Part shown: piece by piece, positions 38,969 through 52,739 of the stretch
Layout: every line of letters starts with the position of its first letter
Position numbering within the stretch: position 1 is the stretch's first letter
Origin: Eledone cirrhosa
Taxonomy: Eukaryota
Direction of reading: 5' to 3'
DNA: 64,000 bases
NCBI GenBank assembly: GCA_964016885.1
Contig: OZ024753.1
Location: 43,896,001 to 43,960,000, forward strand
Program-made: the position numbers and the translations under genes
Notes under the pieces: model-generated
What the model saw: the letters and a program-made list of their open reading frames with translations, nothing else
Told to the model about the DNA's origin: nothing
The model's database searches: none

Positions 38969-39589
38969 CACACACAAATACAAATGCACACACACGCGCA
39001 CATATAAAGAGTACACATTATGGTTAGATGCTAAACATATTTGATATGTTAGCATGATGTCTGAAGTGGCAAGACTAACACAAGACTAAATACATCTTGT
39101 ATATGTATTATCAGTTGACCTCTAGTGTCATTTCAAACTTTCTATACCTACCTAAATAGAAATCAGCAAATATTTATTACATATCTGCTTGTACAGAGAG
39201 TATTTTTCAATGATAGTATCAAATCATTGGTCACTAAATGCCCTGGAGAAATGATTTTTGTACAGCAACACAAATGAACATATTTGTTAGTCCTGTGGCA
39301 ACACAGTATCAAAGTTGTCATCAATCATCTTTATCATTTTATATATATATATTTACTTTTCTCAACAGAGTGGATAAATTGCTAGTATGTGTGTATATCT
39401 TTCTTCTGATAACATTCTTAGTTTAGCTTTTACTTTTGCTATCATTTCTTTAAAATAATTTTGCCAAAAAGTTTTCAAGTGGAAGAAATTGACCCCAGTT
39501 CTGGACTGCTACTTTTTTTATTTATCGACCTTGAAAGGATGACAGGTAAAGTTGACCTCAGCGGGATTTGAAATCTTCTTCAGTACATA

Positions 39590-39791
39590 TATGAGGATTG
39601 ACTGAAAGGTTCATAACCAGACCAAGATACTCTCATGGAATGACAAAATCAGGTTTATTTTTCAACATAGTTCCTTGAAAGAAACAATGCAGTTATTCAT
39701 AAGAAGAGTTGAAATTAATGCATGCAAGATTTCATAGCTCTAGCATCACTCCTTCATAATCAACCTATGGATTTTTCAGCTGACTCTTGTA
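39590..39791. mobile_element. Degenerate mariner-type MITE
   Basis: ta-tgaggattgactgaaaggttcat ... atggatttttcagctgactcttg-ta imperfect inverted termini. Confidence 0.45.
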
Positions 39792-41923
39792 ATTCGAATT
39801 ACTTCCTTTGAGAGAAATCTCTAGTTTACCATGAGGCCTTTTGATTCTAAATTTAATTTCCATGCCAGGAATTTCTTCTCTAAATTATCAAATTATCCAC
39901 ATGTTCAGCTATAAGTATTAACTCATTAGCATATAGAGGTTTCCAAAGACAACCAGTCTTAAACTCTTCTGATATGTTCTGAGAACCAAACCCTGTTGAA
40001 CACCAGCTTACAAACTAAATTCTTCACCAAAACCCATTGCCTACTCTTACTTAACTGACAACATCGTTGTACATGACTTACTCTGTTCACATTAGCAATT
40101 CAACTACTTTTAGTTTTTTTTATAGAAATTACATATGGTAAGATGCAGAGTTAAATTCATTCCATCATTTCTGTGCAAACTACTAAAATTACTCGTTGGT
40201 TTTCATCTATTTAATGAACACCAACATTCACTTCGTCTTACTTCATAAGTGACAGTGTAAGTGATGTTTAATGCATTGTCAAGAACATTGGATAAGATAC
40301 AGAGTATATATATGTTAATAGCTTATTACTCTTGGAAATAAGATTCCTGAAAATGTAAGGAATAAAATGGAAGACACACAAGAAATATTGTCAAAGATGG
40401 CATATCAAGCTGGAAATAGAGGAAATAAGGAGGAAAAGAATATCATATGATATATATGTAAAAAATTGAAGGGAAAGAGATAAAGTTGTTCAATTATTTG
40501 TGCAGGAAGAAAGAAAACATAGGACTGCCTAAGGTAAGGAACATAATTTCTTCATAGTTTAGGAAAATATTGTTTCATGCAAAACTCTGCTTCATGCAAT
40601 TTGATTTAAGCCTAAGGTGTATTAACAGTGTGTAAAAGAAGAGCCACCTCTTGAGTTCTATAAAAGGTAGTTCCAGGCAAAGTGTGGCAGAACGTAAAAT
40701 AAACTAACAAATCCAATAATCACATATTATACAATATTTTTTTTTTTCTATATCGAAGTTTTATTATTGTTATAAAAATAAAGGCAAAAGTAGTGTCTGT
40801 ATCTTAACAGATTTCGTTGAATATCAGCAATATGTTTTATTATTTTATATTTTATATTTTTTGTTTTCCAAAAGACACCACTAGAATTATTATTTGGTAT
40901 AATTAGATCTTCTCTTATCCAAACACACAAAAGTATTTCGACTCTTCAACAATAAGTTTTATTTTTGCATGTATTTTGCATCTGGTTTTATGAAGAAAGA
41001 TTTGATTAAATAATAACTTTCAGAGAATCTACGACTATGTTGTCTTATTGTGAGATTAAGAATTCCCACCAGAGTATCTAAAACTCACTGAATATATTGG
41101 AGATATTTATCTGAAAAATATCTCCAGTATTTATTCTGTACCAGTTCTTTAAAAAAATTAGGGATTTTGCAATGAAGGGAATTAAGTTATGTTAAATAAT
41201 GCTTAACGTTCAGTAAGGATTTAGCAGAAAATATCTAAAAAACAAGTTTGTTAATTCTAGTGTTTGTATTATTTTTCACTGTTGGATAGATTTCTGCAAA
41301 AACTATTAGAGTAAAAAAAAGATGCAGTATTAGAGTAAATAATTTAATGTGATGCAGTCATAGTACTGTTTTGTACTTTTCAAGAATGGCTTGTGAATGT
41401 AGTTTCATGCAGTACAGGATATTAAGAGATAAACTGAGGATTTCCATTGGAAGAAGAAGCACCCACCTGAAGATATTGTTAGTACTACCTTTTACAAAAA
41501 TGTTCCCTTCAGTCCCCTTATACATAACAGGTATGATTAGGGTGTGGTGGGGGTACTATGATTGTGTTCAGTTATTTATTAACCATGGTGAGAAGAAGTT
41601 TGGAATGTCTTAGAGAAAAAGTGAACAAGTGAGAAAAGTTTAAGATGCAGTAAATATTTTTACAGCATGTTGGTGTGGTGGAGTTAATGGGGGTGTAGGA
41701 TTGTTGGTGGAAGGTGAGGGTAGGTTCTATACCTAATTTCTCAAACTTTTTTACATCATTGCCCACTTTCACATGGAAAAAACTTTTCACTGCCCACCTG
41801 TAAAATAAATATTCAAAAGCATACCAAATATGGTTGGTAAAAGTTTGTTACTGGTTCATTATTCCCTGCATATCTCCTTTGGATATTTGTTTTTAGGTAG
41901 CATATGTTGAAATACCTTCTTAA

Positions 41924-42189
41924 CCCTTTAACATTTACATTACTCTATATTTACTATTGTATTTTCATGGTAACTACTCTATGTTTACTCTATATTTACT
42001 ATTGTATTTTTGTAGTAAAGACTTTATCTCACACAACTATCTTACATAATATGAAATCTATGAGATTTTGATATTATTTATTTTGAGAACAATACCTTAA
42101 CATCAGTCTGAGTGGCCAGTTATGGCTGGTTTGAACAGAAAGAGGTGAGAGAATTCTGGCCGGATACGGCCGGTTTAAATGCTAAAGGG
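41924..42189 (-). mobile_element. piggyBac-like MITE
   Basis: TTAA at 41920-41923 and 42190-42193; TIR ccctttaacattta/taaatgctaaaggg. Confidence 0.88.
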
Positions 42190-42589
42190 TTAAAACTGAA
42201 AATCCTATATTATCCACCAATCACCCACCATTTTCTGTTCAGTTGCTCATTACCCACGGATTAGAATGTTTATCACTTGGTTGTCATGTGACATGTCTCA
42301 ACCAGTCAAGTCGACACTTGCACATGGTGTCAGATAGACATTCTTGGTAGGTTCGTTGATGGACTTCTTTGTTGGTGATGAAGTCATTCAGTCTGATGTC
42401 AACACTTCTACACATCTAGACTTGTAGGGAATTCTGTATAAGATGGATGTCTTGTTGACTCATATGTTCCTATCCAATTTTCTGTTATGCTGTGTGATAT
42501 AATTGCTAACAATTACTACAGCTTACATCTATGATAGAAGTGGTGGAAATGTGTACAAAGCATCAAACAAACTACTAGAGAAGATAATG

Positions 42590-43275
42590 AAGCTGATGTA
42601 ATGAATGGAGAGAAGCTGGGCTGAAGAAGAACCCACTCATCTTAGGCATGAAAATGATAATTATAATAATGATGAAGATGATGATGTAATGAGTGGAGAG
42701 AGAAGCTGGGCTGGGGAAAACCCATCCAAATTGTACATAATTATGCTGATGAAAATAATGACGAAGATGCAATATGTTGTGAGGGAAGCTGGGCTGGAGA
42801 AAACCCATCCAACTTAGACATTATATGATAATGCTGATGAAAATAATGATGAAGATGCAATATGTTGTGAGGGAAGCTGGGCTGGAGAAAACCCATCCAA
42901 CTTAGACATTATATGATAATGCTGATGAAAATAATGATGAAGATGCAATATGTTGTGAGGGAAGCTGGGCTGGAGAAAACCCATCCAACTTAGACATTAT
43001 ATGATAATGCTGATGAAAATAATGATGAAGATGCAATATGTTGTGAGGGAAGCTGGGCTGGAGAAAACCCATCCAACTTAGACATTATATGATAATGCTG
43101 ATGAAAATAATGATGAAGATGCAATATGTTGTGAGGGAAGCTGGGCTGGAGAAAACCCATCCAACTTAGACATTATATGATAATGCTGATGAAAATAATG
43201 ATGAAGATGCAATATGTTGTGAGGGAAGCTGAGCTAGAGAAAACCCATCCAACTTAGACATTTCAATGATGATGA
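42590..43275. repeat. 88-bp tandem repeat, 6 near-identical plus 2 diverged units
   Basis: gagggaagctgggctggagaaaacccatccaac recurring every 88 bp from 42781 to 43221. Confidence 0.93.
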
Positions 43276-43656
43276 TGAAGATGTAATACATAAAAATGAC
43301 TATAGTTTCTAACTATGGAACTGATGGGAAATATAATAGAGTGGTATAGTAGAAGTCTACAGGCCAACTAATAATCTACTTATGATGTGATTTGCAAATT
43401 TTATTGCAAGCATAAAGTTATGTAATTCCTAGAATATACAAGTACATTACTCTCCTATATTATATAATATTAATAATATTAAATACAAATGTTACAAAGT
43501 GATATTAAAATAAAAGTTATTATAACAGTGTTTCGGTGTTGCTAATGGCTAACATAACTTTGCTATCAGGCAGTTGTACTCTAATGCATGTATGTATAAT
43601 TATCTCTCGGTCTTTCTTCCCTCCTCCATCTCTCTATCTATCTATCTCTATATATA

Positions 43657-43997
43657 TCATCATCATTTCATTTCGTTTTACGTCCACTTTTCCCTGCTTG
43701 CAAGGGTGGGACGGGAACTGATTCTGGCTTGATTTCTACAGCTGGATGCCCTTCCTAACACCAACCTCATTTACAGTGAGTGCTGGGTGCTTTTTGCCGT
43801 GGCACCTCCACGACCACTTTGCAGTGGAATGATATGGACCCCAGTCCCTATCATTTCATTTCTACAGCTGAGTAAACTGGAGCAATGTGAAATAAAGTGT
43901 CTTGCTCAAGGACACAACACATCACCCGGTCTGAGAATTGAACTCATAACCTTTCGATTGCAAGACCAATGCTCTAACCACTAAGCCATGTGCCTCC
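43657..43997 (-). mobile_element. Composite CORE-like SINE ending in RTE LINE tail
   Basis: Near-identical inverse of 33327-33650 plus a 30-bp hairpin segment. Confidence 0.9.
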
Positions 43998-44287
43998 ATA
44001 TATATATATATTTAGGTTTGTTGGTTCACCACTGGATAGAATTCGTCATTCCGTATGGTCAATCTTGATGCAATATTATGGAGAGTACTCAACGTAATGC
44101 CCTCATATATATATATATATATATATGAGGGCAATCCCAAAAGTAAGGTCTCCAAAGCAATGGGGACGCAGAGAAACTGTTCGTACAGTTGTTGGCAACA
44201 CTGTTGTGATTGGTGCTTCCTTCACTCCCAAACACGCATGCGCGCGCTTCGCTGTGATGCTTAATCTTGGCTTCGCCACCGTTGAGA

Positions 44288-44710
44288 ATGGAGCTCCCGT
44301 TGAATACTACCGCAGCCAAGTGTGAAGTTCGCACAGTTATTCGTTTTTTGAACGCAAAAGGCGTTGAACTGATTGAAATTCATCGCCAATTGACGGAAGA
44401 GTATGGACAGTCGTGCATGGATGTCAAAAACGTTCGCAAGTGGTGTAGAGAGTTTACAGCCGGTCGTACTGAAATTCACGACAAACAAAGGAGCGGGAGA
44501 CCGTCAATTTCCGACGAGACAGTCGCAAAGGTTGAGAAAAACATGCGTAAAGATCGGCGGATCACTCTGGATGCTCTCTGCATTTTGGTTCCTGAGGTTT
44601 CCCAAAGCACCATCCACAGGATTTTAACGGAAAAATTGCGACTGTCTCGTCGGAAATTGACGGTCTCTCGCTCCTTTGTCCATCGTGAATTTCAGTACGA
44701 CCGGCTGTAA
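44288..44710 (+). pseudogene. Truncated mariner transposase N-terminus (HTH DNA-binding region; no DD34D domain)
   Basis: EVRTVIRFL..EIHRQL..YG..VRKWCREF..G..D..RSGRPS..DRRIT..TIHRIL. Confidence 0.88.
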
Positions 44711-44876
44711 ACTCTCTACACCACGTGCGAACGTTTTTGACATCCATGCACGACTGTCCATACACTTCCGTCAATTGGCGATGAATTTCAATTGGTTCAA
44801 CGCTTTTTACGTTCAAAAACCGAATAACTGCGTGAACTTCGCACTTGGCTGCAGTAGCATTCAACGGGAGCTCCAT
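44562..44876 (-). pseudogene. Second, shorter truncated mariner N-terminus on the opposite arm
   Basis: MELPLNATAAKCEVHAVIRFL..RSERPSISDETVA. Confidence 0.85.
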
Positions 44877-45049
44877 TCTCAATGGTGGCCAAGCCAAGAT
44901 TAAGCATCCCAGCGAAGCGCGCGCATGCTTGTTTGGGAGTGAAGGAAGCACCAATCACAACAGTGTTGCCAACAGCCGTACAAACAGTTTCTCTGCATCC
45001 CCATCGCTTTGGAGACCTTACTTTTGGGATTGCCCTAGTATATGTATAT

Positions 45050-45250
45050 ATGTGGCCAAGATGGTCGACTGAATATGCATGTGTGTCTTTTTCTCCTCCA
45101 TTCTGTTTCTTCATTTTACCCATGATCCTTCCTGTCATCACTCTTTACTTCTTGTTATCTTCTGATGAACGACTAGTGCCCGAAACATTACGAATCTCTT
45201 CCTGCTATTTCAAGCGATAAACTAATATATTTCTTCCATGTGCTGTGGAT
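45050..45250 (+). mobile_element. Penelope-like remnant with degenerate hammerhead
   Basis: ctgatga-acgactagtgccc-gaaacatt at 45162-45189. Confidence 0.6.
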
Positions 45251-45273
45251 GAGGATGATGATGTCGACAATGA

Positions 45274-45464
45274 TAATTGTTTCTACCTTTTGGCACAAGG
45301 CCAGCAATTAACCCCAGTGTATTACTGGTACTTTATTTTATCGACCCCGTAAGGATGAAAGGCAAAGTCAACCTCGGGCGGGATTTGAACTCAGATCGTA
45401 AAGGGACGTAACTATGCTAGAAAGTATGGCGTCCGAACCCTCTACCGATACTGCCAATCCACCG
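45274..45464 (-). mobile_element. Young SINE family A
   Basis: Near-identical to 25467-25652 and 62640-62825. Confidence 0.9.
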
Positions 45465-45769
45465 GGTTGTCGATGATCAATAATGATGATGATGATGATG
45501 ATGATTCTGAATTTTTAGATTTTTTTTTTTTTCTCTGGGCATCTGTTTAATCTGAGCTAACCATGATTTTATTATTATTATTTCTACATTAGGAAAAGTA
45601 ATACTAGTGATGCGCAGTGACAAAATAATCGTTAACTTGTGTTTTATTTCGATTTTTTTTTTTCTACTAAAAAGACAGGTGGGACTAAATAAATTTTAAA
45701 CTAATATCCGCCGAAAGTGAAAGCATAAATCTAATGGCCAAAACTGCAAGCTATAAAATTGAACTCAGC

Positions 45770-45803
45770 AATATATATTTGTATATATATATATATATGT
45801 ATG

Positions 45804-45859
<56 letters not shown>

Positions 45860-45862
45860 TAT

Positions 45863-45893
<31 letters not shown>

Positions 45894-46021
45894 TATGTAT
45901 GTATATATGTATATGTATATATATATATATGTATATATGTATATGTATATATATATATATGTATGTATGTATATATGTATATATATATGTATGTATATAT
46001 ATATGAATGTATATATATATG

Positions 46022-46066
<45 letters not shown>

Positions 46067-46087
46067 TATATATATATATATGTATGT

Positions 46088-46128
<41 letters not shown>

Positions 46129-46727
46129 TATATATATTTGAATGTATATATATATGTATGTATATATATATGTATGTATATATATATATATATGTATGTA
46201 TATATATATATATGTATGTATGTATATATGTATGTATGTATGTATATATATATATATGTATGTGTATATATATATATATGTATGTATATATATATATATG
46301 TATGTATTATATATATATATATGTATGTATGTATATATATATGTATGTATATATATATATATATGTATGTATGTATATATATATATATATATGTATGTAT
46401 ATATGTATGTGTGTTCGTTTGTGTGTGTGTGCAATTATTCCTATCTATCTATATATTTATATATATTTATATATATATATATTGTGTGGGGGGGGGGGGG
46501 GGGGGGGTAGTGTGTGTGTGAGTGTGTATATATATATATTTATATGTATGTATATACAGAGTATTTGTATAAGTATATGTGTGTATATATATCATCATCA
46601 TCATCATCATCATTTAACATCCATTATATATATATATAATGTATATCTATGTGTGTGTATATATATATATATATGTGTGTGTATATATATACATATATAT
46701 AATGTATATATAATGTATATATATAGA

Positions 46728-46759
<32 letters not shown>

Positions 46760-46953
46760 GATATATATATATATGTATATAAGACCCATCCCACCCTTGC
46801 AAGCAGGGAAAAGCGGACGTAAAATGATGATGATGATGATATAGATATATGTATATAGATATATATGTATGTATATATATGTGTATAGATATACATTTAA
46901 TGTCCAATATATATATATATAAATGTGTATAGATATACATTTAATGTCCAATA

Positions 46954-46988
<35 letters not shown>

Positions 46989-47017
46989 GTGTATAGATAT
47001 ACATTTAATGTCCAATA

Positions 47018-47056
<39 letters not shown>

Positions 47057-47127
47057 GTGTATAGATATACATTTAAGGTCCAATATATATATAAATGTGT
47101 ATAGATATACATTTAATGTCCAATATC

Positions 47128-47158
<31 letters not shown>

Positions 47159-47240
47159 TATATATAAATGTGTATAGATATACATTTAAGGTCCAATATA
47201 TATATATATAAATGTGTATAGATATATATATATATATAGT
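45770..47240. repeat. (TA)/(TATG) compound microsatellite containing RTE tail (46782-46840) and aaatgtgtatagatatacattt units
   Basis: Direct observation. Confidence 0.9.
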
Positions 47241-47559
47241 TTGTGTTTGCAGTTTTTGTTTATTTTGTTATTGATTAAACTGTTGTAAGAAGATGTATTT
47301 ACAGAAGGAACAAAAGTAAACTGGTTTATAGTTTCAGTGTGGGGGTGGGTCTATAGGGAGGGGTAATCGGAGACCCTGTCCTTCCCACCACCCCTGTATC
47401 ATGGAAAATATGTGTGCTTGATTGCATTTCGATAAACAATATAACTGGACTGACATTTATTATTCACAAATCAGTGAGCATATCACAAGTTGGATTTCTT
47501 AACAAAATTCTTTAAAAATATCCTGGGTTGGCGGAAGAAAGATAAAGAAACAGACTAGC

Positions 47560-47586
47560 ATATACCCCGCCCCCTTCATCACACAT

Positions 47587-47617
<31 letters not shown>

Positions 47618-47618
47618 C

Positions 47619-47651
<33 letters not shown>

Positions 47652-47868
47652 CGCACATACACATTTACATACATGTACCTCGCCCCTTCATCACACATAC
47701 TCACACATATATATATATATATATATATACACATACACACACATATACATTTACATACATGTACCTCGCCCCTTCACCACACATATACACACACATATAT
47801 ATATATATATATACACATACACACACATATACATTTACATACATGTACCTCGCCCCTTCATCACACAT

Positions 47869-47905
<37 letters not shown>

Positions 47906-47948
47906 CACACATACACACACATTCACATTCATGTACCCCGCCCCTTCA

Positions 47949-47991
<43 letters not shown>

Positions 47992-48412
47992 CATACATTT
48001 CCATACACATACCCCCACATGCAAATAGACACTTATGAACACATACACGCATACATGCAAATAGACTCTCTCTCCCACACATATACACCTACACATATCC
48101 CTCACACACACACATGCCCACACATATAGAAAGACTTTCATCATCATACACATACAATGTTACAAACACACACACACACACTAACAAACCACACTAGTGT
48201 ACCCATACATACACATGAAATAGGCAGACATACACATAGGTACACCTACTCATACATACACACACACACACTAACAAACCACACTAGTGTACCCATACAT
48301 ACACATGAAATAGGCAGACATACACATACGTACACCTACTCATACATACACACACACACACACACACACACTAACAAACCACACTAGTGTACCCACACAC
48401 ACACACTAACAA
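47560..48412. repeat. Two CA-rich minisatellites (tacctcgccccttca x5; ctaacaaaccacactagtgtaccc x3)
   Basis: Direct observation. Confidence 0.85.
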
Positions 48413-48519
48413 AGAACAGTATAATTTATAGGAATAAATATGAGACAATACTTTAAATTTTATTACTTGTTCAATTTTTTTTTTTTTTCTGATTACTATC
48501 AAAGAAGTATGACACACAC

Positions 48520-48529
48520 ACATGTATGT

Positions 48530-48569
<40 letters not shown>

Positions 48570-48842
48570 ATGTATGTATGTATGTATGTGGATGTGTGGG
48601 TAAATATATATATGTGTGTGTGAATATATATATATGTATGCAGATATATATATATATATGTATATATATATATGTATATATATGTATATGTATATATATG
48701 TATATGTATATATATGTATATATATGTATATGTATATATATGTACATGTATATATATGTACATGTATATATATATATGTACATGTATATATATATATATG
48801 TACATGTATATATATATATATGTATATATATGTATATTTATG

Positions 48843-48873
<31 letters not shown>

Positions 48874-49260
48874 GTATATATATGTATGTATGTATATATA
48901 TGTATGTATGTATATATATGTATGTATATATGCATCTGTATGTATATATGCATCTGTATGTATATATGCATCTATATATATATATGTATGTATCTATATA
49001 TGTATGTATCTATATATGTATGTATATTTATATGTATGTATATGTATATATGTATATGTATGTATATTTATATGTATGTATATTTATATGTATGTATATT
49101 TATATGTATGTATATATATACATATGTATATGTATGTATATATATATGTGTGTATATATGTATGTGTATATATATGTATATATGTGTGAATATATATGTA
49201 TGTATATATATATATGTATATATATATATGAATATATATATGTATATATATATATGTATG

Positions 49261-49299
<39 letters not shown>

Positions 49300-49300
49300 G

Positions 49301-49345
<45 letters not shown>

Positions 49346-49454
49346 ATGTATGTATGTATGTATATATATCTATGTATATATATATGTATGTATATATATC
49401 TATGTATATATATATGTATGTATATATATATCTATGTATATATATATGTATGTG

Positions 49455-49489
<35 letters not shown>

Positions 49490-49694
49490 GTATATATATA
49501 TATATATATATGTATGTATATGTATATATATATATGTATATGTATATATATGTATGTATATGTATGTATATATATATATGTGTGTATATGTATGTATATA
49601 TATGTGTATATGTATGTATATATATATGTGTATATATATGTGTATATGTATGTATATATATATGTGTATATGTATGTATGTATATATATATATG

Positions 49695-49726
<32 letters not shown>

Positions 49727-49730
49727 TATG

Positions 49731-49762
<32 letters not shown>

Positions 49763-49939
49763 TATGTATGTATGTATATATATATAGTATATATGTATAT
49801 ATATATATATATGTATGTATATATATATGTATATATATATATATGTTTGTATATATATATATGTATGTATGTATGTATGTATATATATATGTATGTATGT
49901 ATATATATATGTATGTATGTATATATATATGTATGTATG

Positions 49940-49972
<33 letters not shown>

Positions 49973-50027
49973 ATATATATGTATATATATATGTATGTAT
50001 GTATATATATATGTATATATATATATG

Positions 50028-50067
<40 letters not shown>

Positions 50068-50246
50068 CAACATTTTATGTTCATTTTTCATGCTTGCCTT
50101 ACTTGGACATCTGTACACATATACATACACAAATAAATATATATCATCATTTATCATGTTTTTCTTGATGTATATATATGTGTGTGTATATATATATATA
50201 TATGCATGATATTTAGCCACACACACATACACATATATATATCTGT

Positions 50247-50315
<69 letters not shown>

Positions 50316-50385
50316 TGATCTTTAGCTATACACATACACATATATATATATCTGTGTATGTGTATATATATATATTTATGTATAG
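48520..50385. repeat. (TA)/(TATG) compound microsatellite
   Basis: Direct observation. Confidence 0.93.
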
Positions 50386-50679
50386 ATAAAGCTGATACAA
50401 AAAAAAAGGACAGAGGAGTAAACAAGTTAAAATGTGAGAGTTTAAAGCAAGGGAGATAAGAAGTGATAAAAAGTGAAAAAGGAAGACATGTTGCTGAGGA
50501 AATATATGTACAATAAGAACAATGTTTTGTGTGGAATTATCTACAGTAGAAAGAAAGGAAAGGATCTGACGTTTTGTGTTAAATATTTTATGAATATATA
50601 TATTATGTTAAGTAAATATCAAAAGATAAGTAAAGAATAAGAAATAAGAATTCCAAGTAGGAATAATACCAGGTTGGAT

Positions 50680-50848
<169 letters not shown>

Positions 50849-50854
50849 ATGTGT

Positions 50855-51050
50855 GAAGGTGCGTGGCTGAATGGTTAGAGAATTGGATTCGCAATTGTGA
50901 GGTTGTGAGTTCGATCCCAGGACCAGGTGATGCATTATGTCCTTGAGCAAGACACTTTATTTCACATTGCTCCTTCTACCTGGAGTTGCGACCGATAGAT
51001 AGTATTAGCAATTGGAAAGACCAATTGAAACATTGTTTCCTCAGTCCGAT
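50855..51050 (+). mobile_element. CORE-like SINE
   Basis: tggctgaatgg A box, gagttcgatcc B box, gtccttgagcaagacac. Confidence 0.85.
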
Positions 51051-51104
51051 TTGACGAAAGTCGATCGACTATCTATTCATAAATTTATATATATATATAT
51101 AAAT

Positions 51105-51350
51105 TTATATATTGTTATACTTTGGGAGGGTCATGTTGCCAATAAGAAACACACGCACCAGTTGCTTTCACTTCAATTTATTATATATTTATAAATTTAC
51201 AAACTTTTAAATTTCTGGTTGGTTGGTTGGTTCCAACTGGTGCGTGTGTTTCTTATTGGCAACATGACCTTCCCAAAGTATAACAATATCGGTTTCAACA
51301 CACGATTTCAGATAAAGAATCTTGCTAAACAAATTCAGAAACGAAATAAA
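51105..51350. mobile_element. TA-flanked element with 56-bp inverted repeat
   Basis: Arms 51109-51164 and 51234-51289, one mismatch; related start at 35484. Confidence 0.72.
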
Positions 51351-51790
51351 TATATATATATATGTATATATGGCAGCACACAGATATATATGTTATATAA
51401 TGTATGTATGAAAGGAGGAAGATATGTGAGAGTTTAATGACATTGCTTGCCATAATATATTTCCCTGAATGGTTTGTTGTATTTTTAATTTGTTATTGGA
51501 TAGAAAGATGGGGGGGAGAGAGAAGGAATATACAGCGAGAGAGGGGGATGTACAGAGGGAGAGAGAGAGCAAAGAAAATGATAGGTTTTCTTTCCCTGGT
51601 CATCTTAAATAGGGTTAACCTTTCATTTTATTTCTGTGACTTTTCATTAGTTTTTCTTATTTGCACACATATCTATAGACATATATATACATACATATAC
51701 ACATATATTTATACATATATATATATTTATATATATACACACACACACACTTCTATATATATATATATGTATAAATATATATATTATATA

Positions 51791-51865
<75 letters not shown>

Positions 51866-52739
51866 CAAACATACTTATATATATGAATGTACTTTTTCAT
51901 TCAACTATTGAAATTTCAAGTATAGTTGCTGTCATTTTTTCTTATTGTTGTTGTTACTGTTGTTGTTTTTATTGGCTATTCTATGTATGAATGAGTTTGT
52001 GAGTAGTTGCTATAAAAATCTAAACTTCTTCTGCCATATAAGACACACAGACTGCTTTTTAACTTCTCTACAGCTAATCTATTTACTATTGTTTATGTTA
52101 AAATGGAAATAAAATATACTTTAAAAAACTGTCGATGAAGTGTAAGGAGACAAATTTGAAAAGTGATTGAATTCTATTGAGGGGAGATGATATCTTTTAA
52201 AAAGATTTGTTTCTGGTTGCTGTGTATAAGATTTTGTAAAATAAGTCTTGTGGTCTTTATATGTGATTTGTGGATTCCATTTTGTTCACTGCTGTTGTTT
52301 ATTATTGCTTGTGGTGGTGGTGGGGCAATGGTGGTGGTGTTAATGTAAACGTTATTGGTGGTGGTGGGGGTGTTTGTGGTAATGGAGATGGTATTAATGT
52401 TGTTGTTATTGGTGTTGGTGGTAGTGGTTGGGGTGATGTTGGTGGTGTTTGTGGTTGTAGTTGTTGTAGTGGTGGTGGTGCTGATGATGTTGGTGGTAGT
52501 GGTGGTAACATTGTGGTGGTTACCTTGGAAACGACAGCAGCAAACACTGCCCTTGAATACAATGCATGAAAACAAGTTGAAATGACTCGTTTAGCTGTTG
52601 GGATTCTACCTCTACAATTTATCTCTTCAATATTCAGTATATATAATATTTATGTATGGAGCCTTAACTGCTGAGGGAGTCGTAGGGACGCCATATTGAC
52701 ATACAACTGTTATAGGGCATTTTTAAAACCTGGTAGAAC

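Larger units (their letters stand above)
44126..45038. mobile_element. Fold-back non-autonomous mariner made of two inverted 5' halves
   Basis: TA at both flanks; terminus (c)gagggcaatcccaaaagtaagg; 403-bp arms 44126-44528 and 44636-45038. Confidence 0.92.

Noticed and set aside
42590-43275. Tandem hammerheads (each unit contains CTGATGA) or a CRISPR array
   Set aside because: No stem II-GAAA-stem III arrangement; units are identical with no unique spacers.
46880-47225. CRISPR-like palindromic repeats with variable spacers
   Set aside because: Spacers are only (TA)n; eukaryotic context with no cas genes.
52670-52695. ctgagggagtc-gtagg-gac hammerhead-like stem
   Set aside because: Lacks GAAA and stem III.
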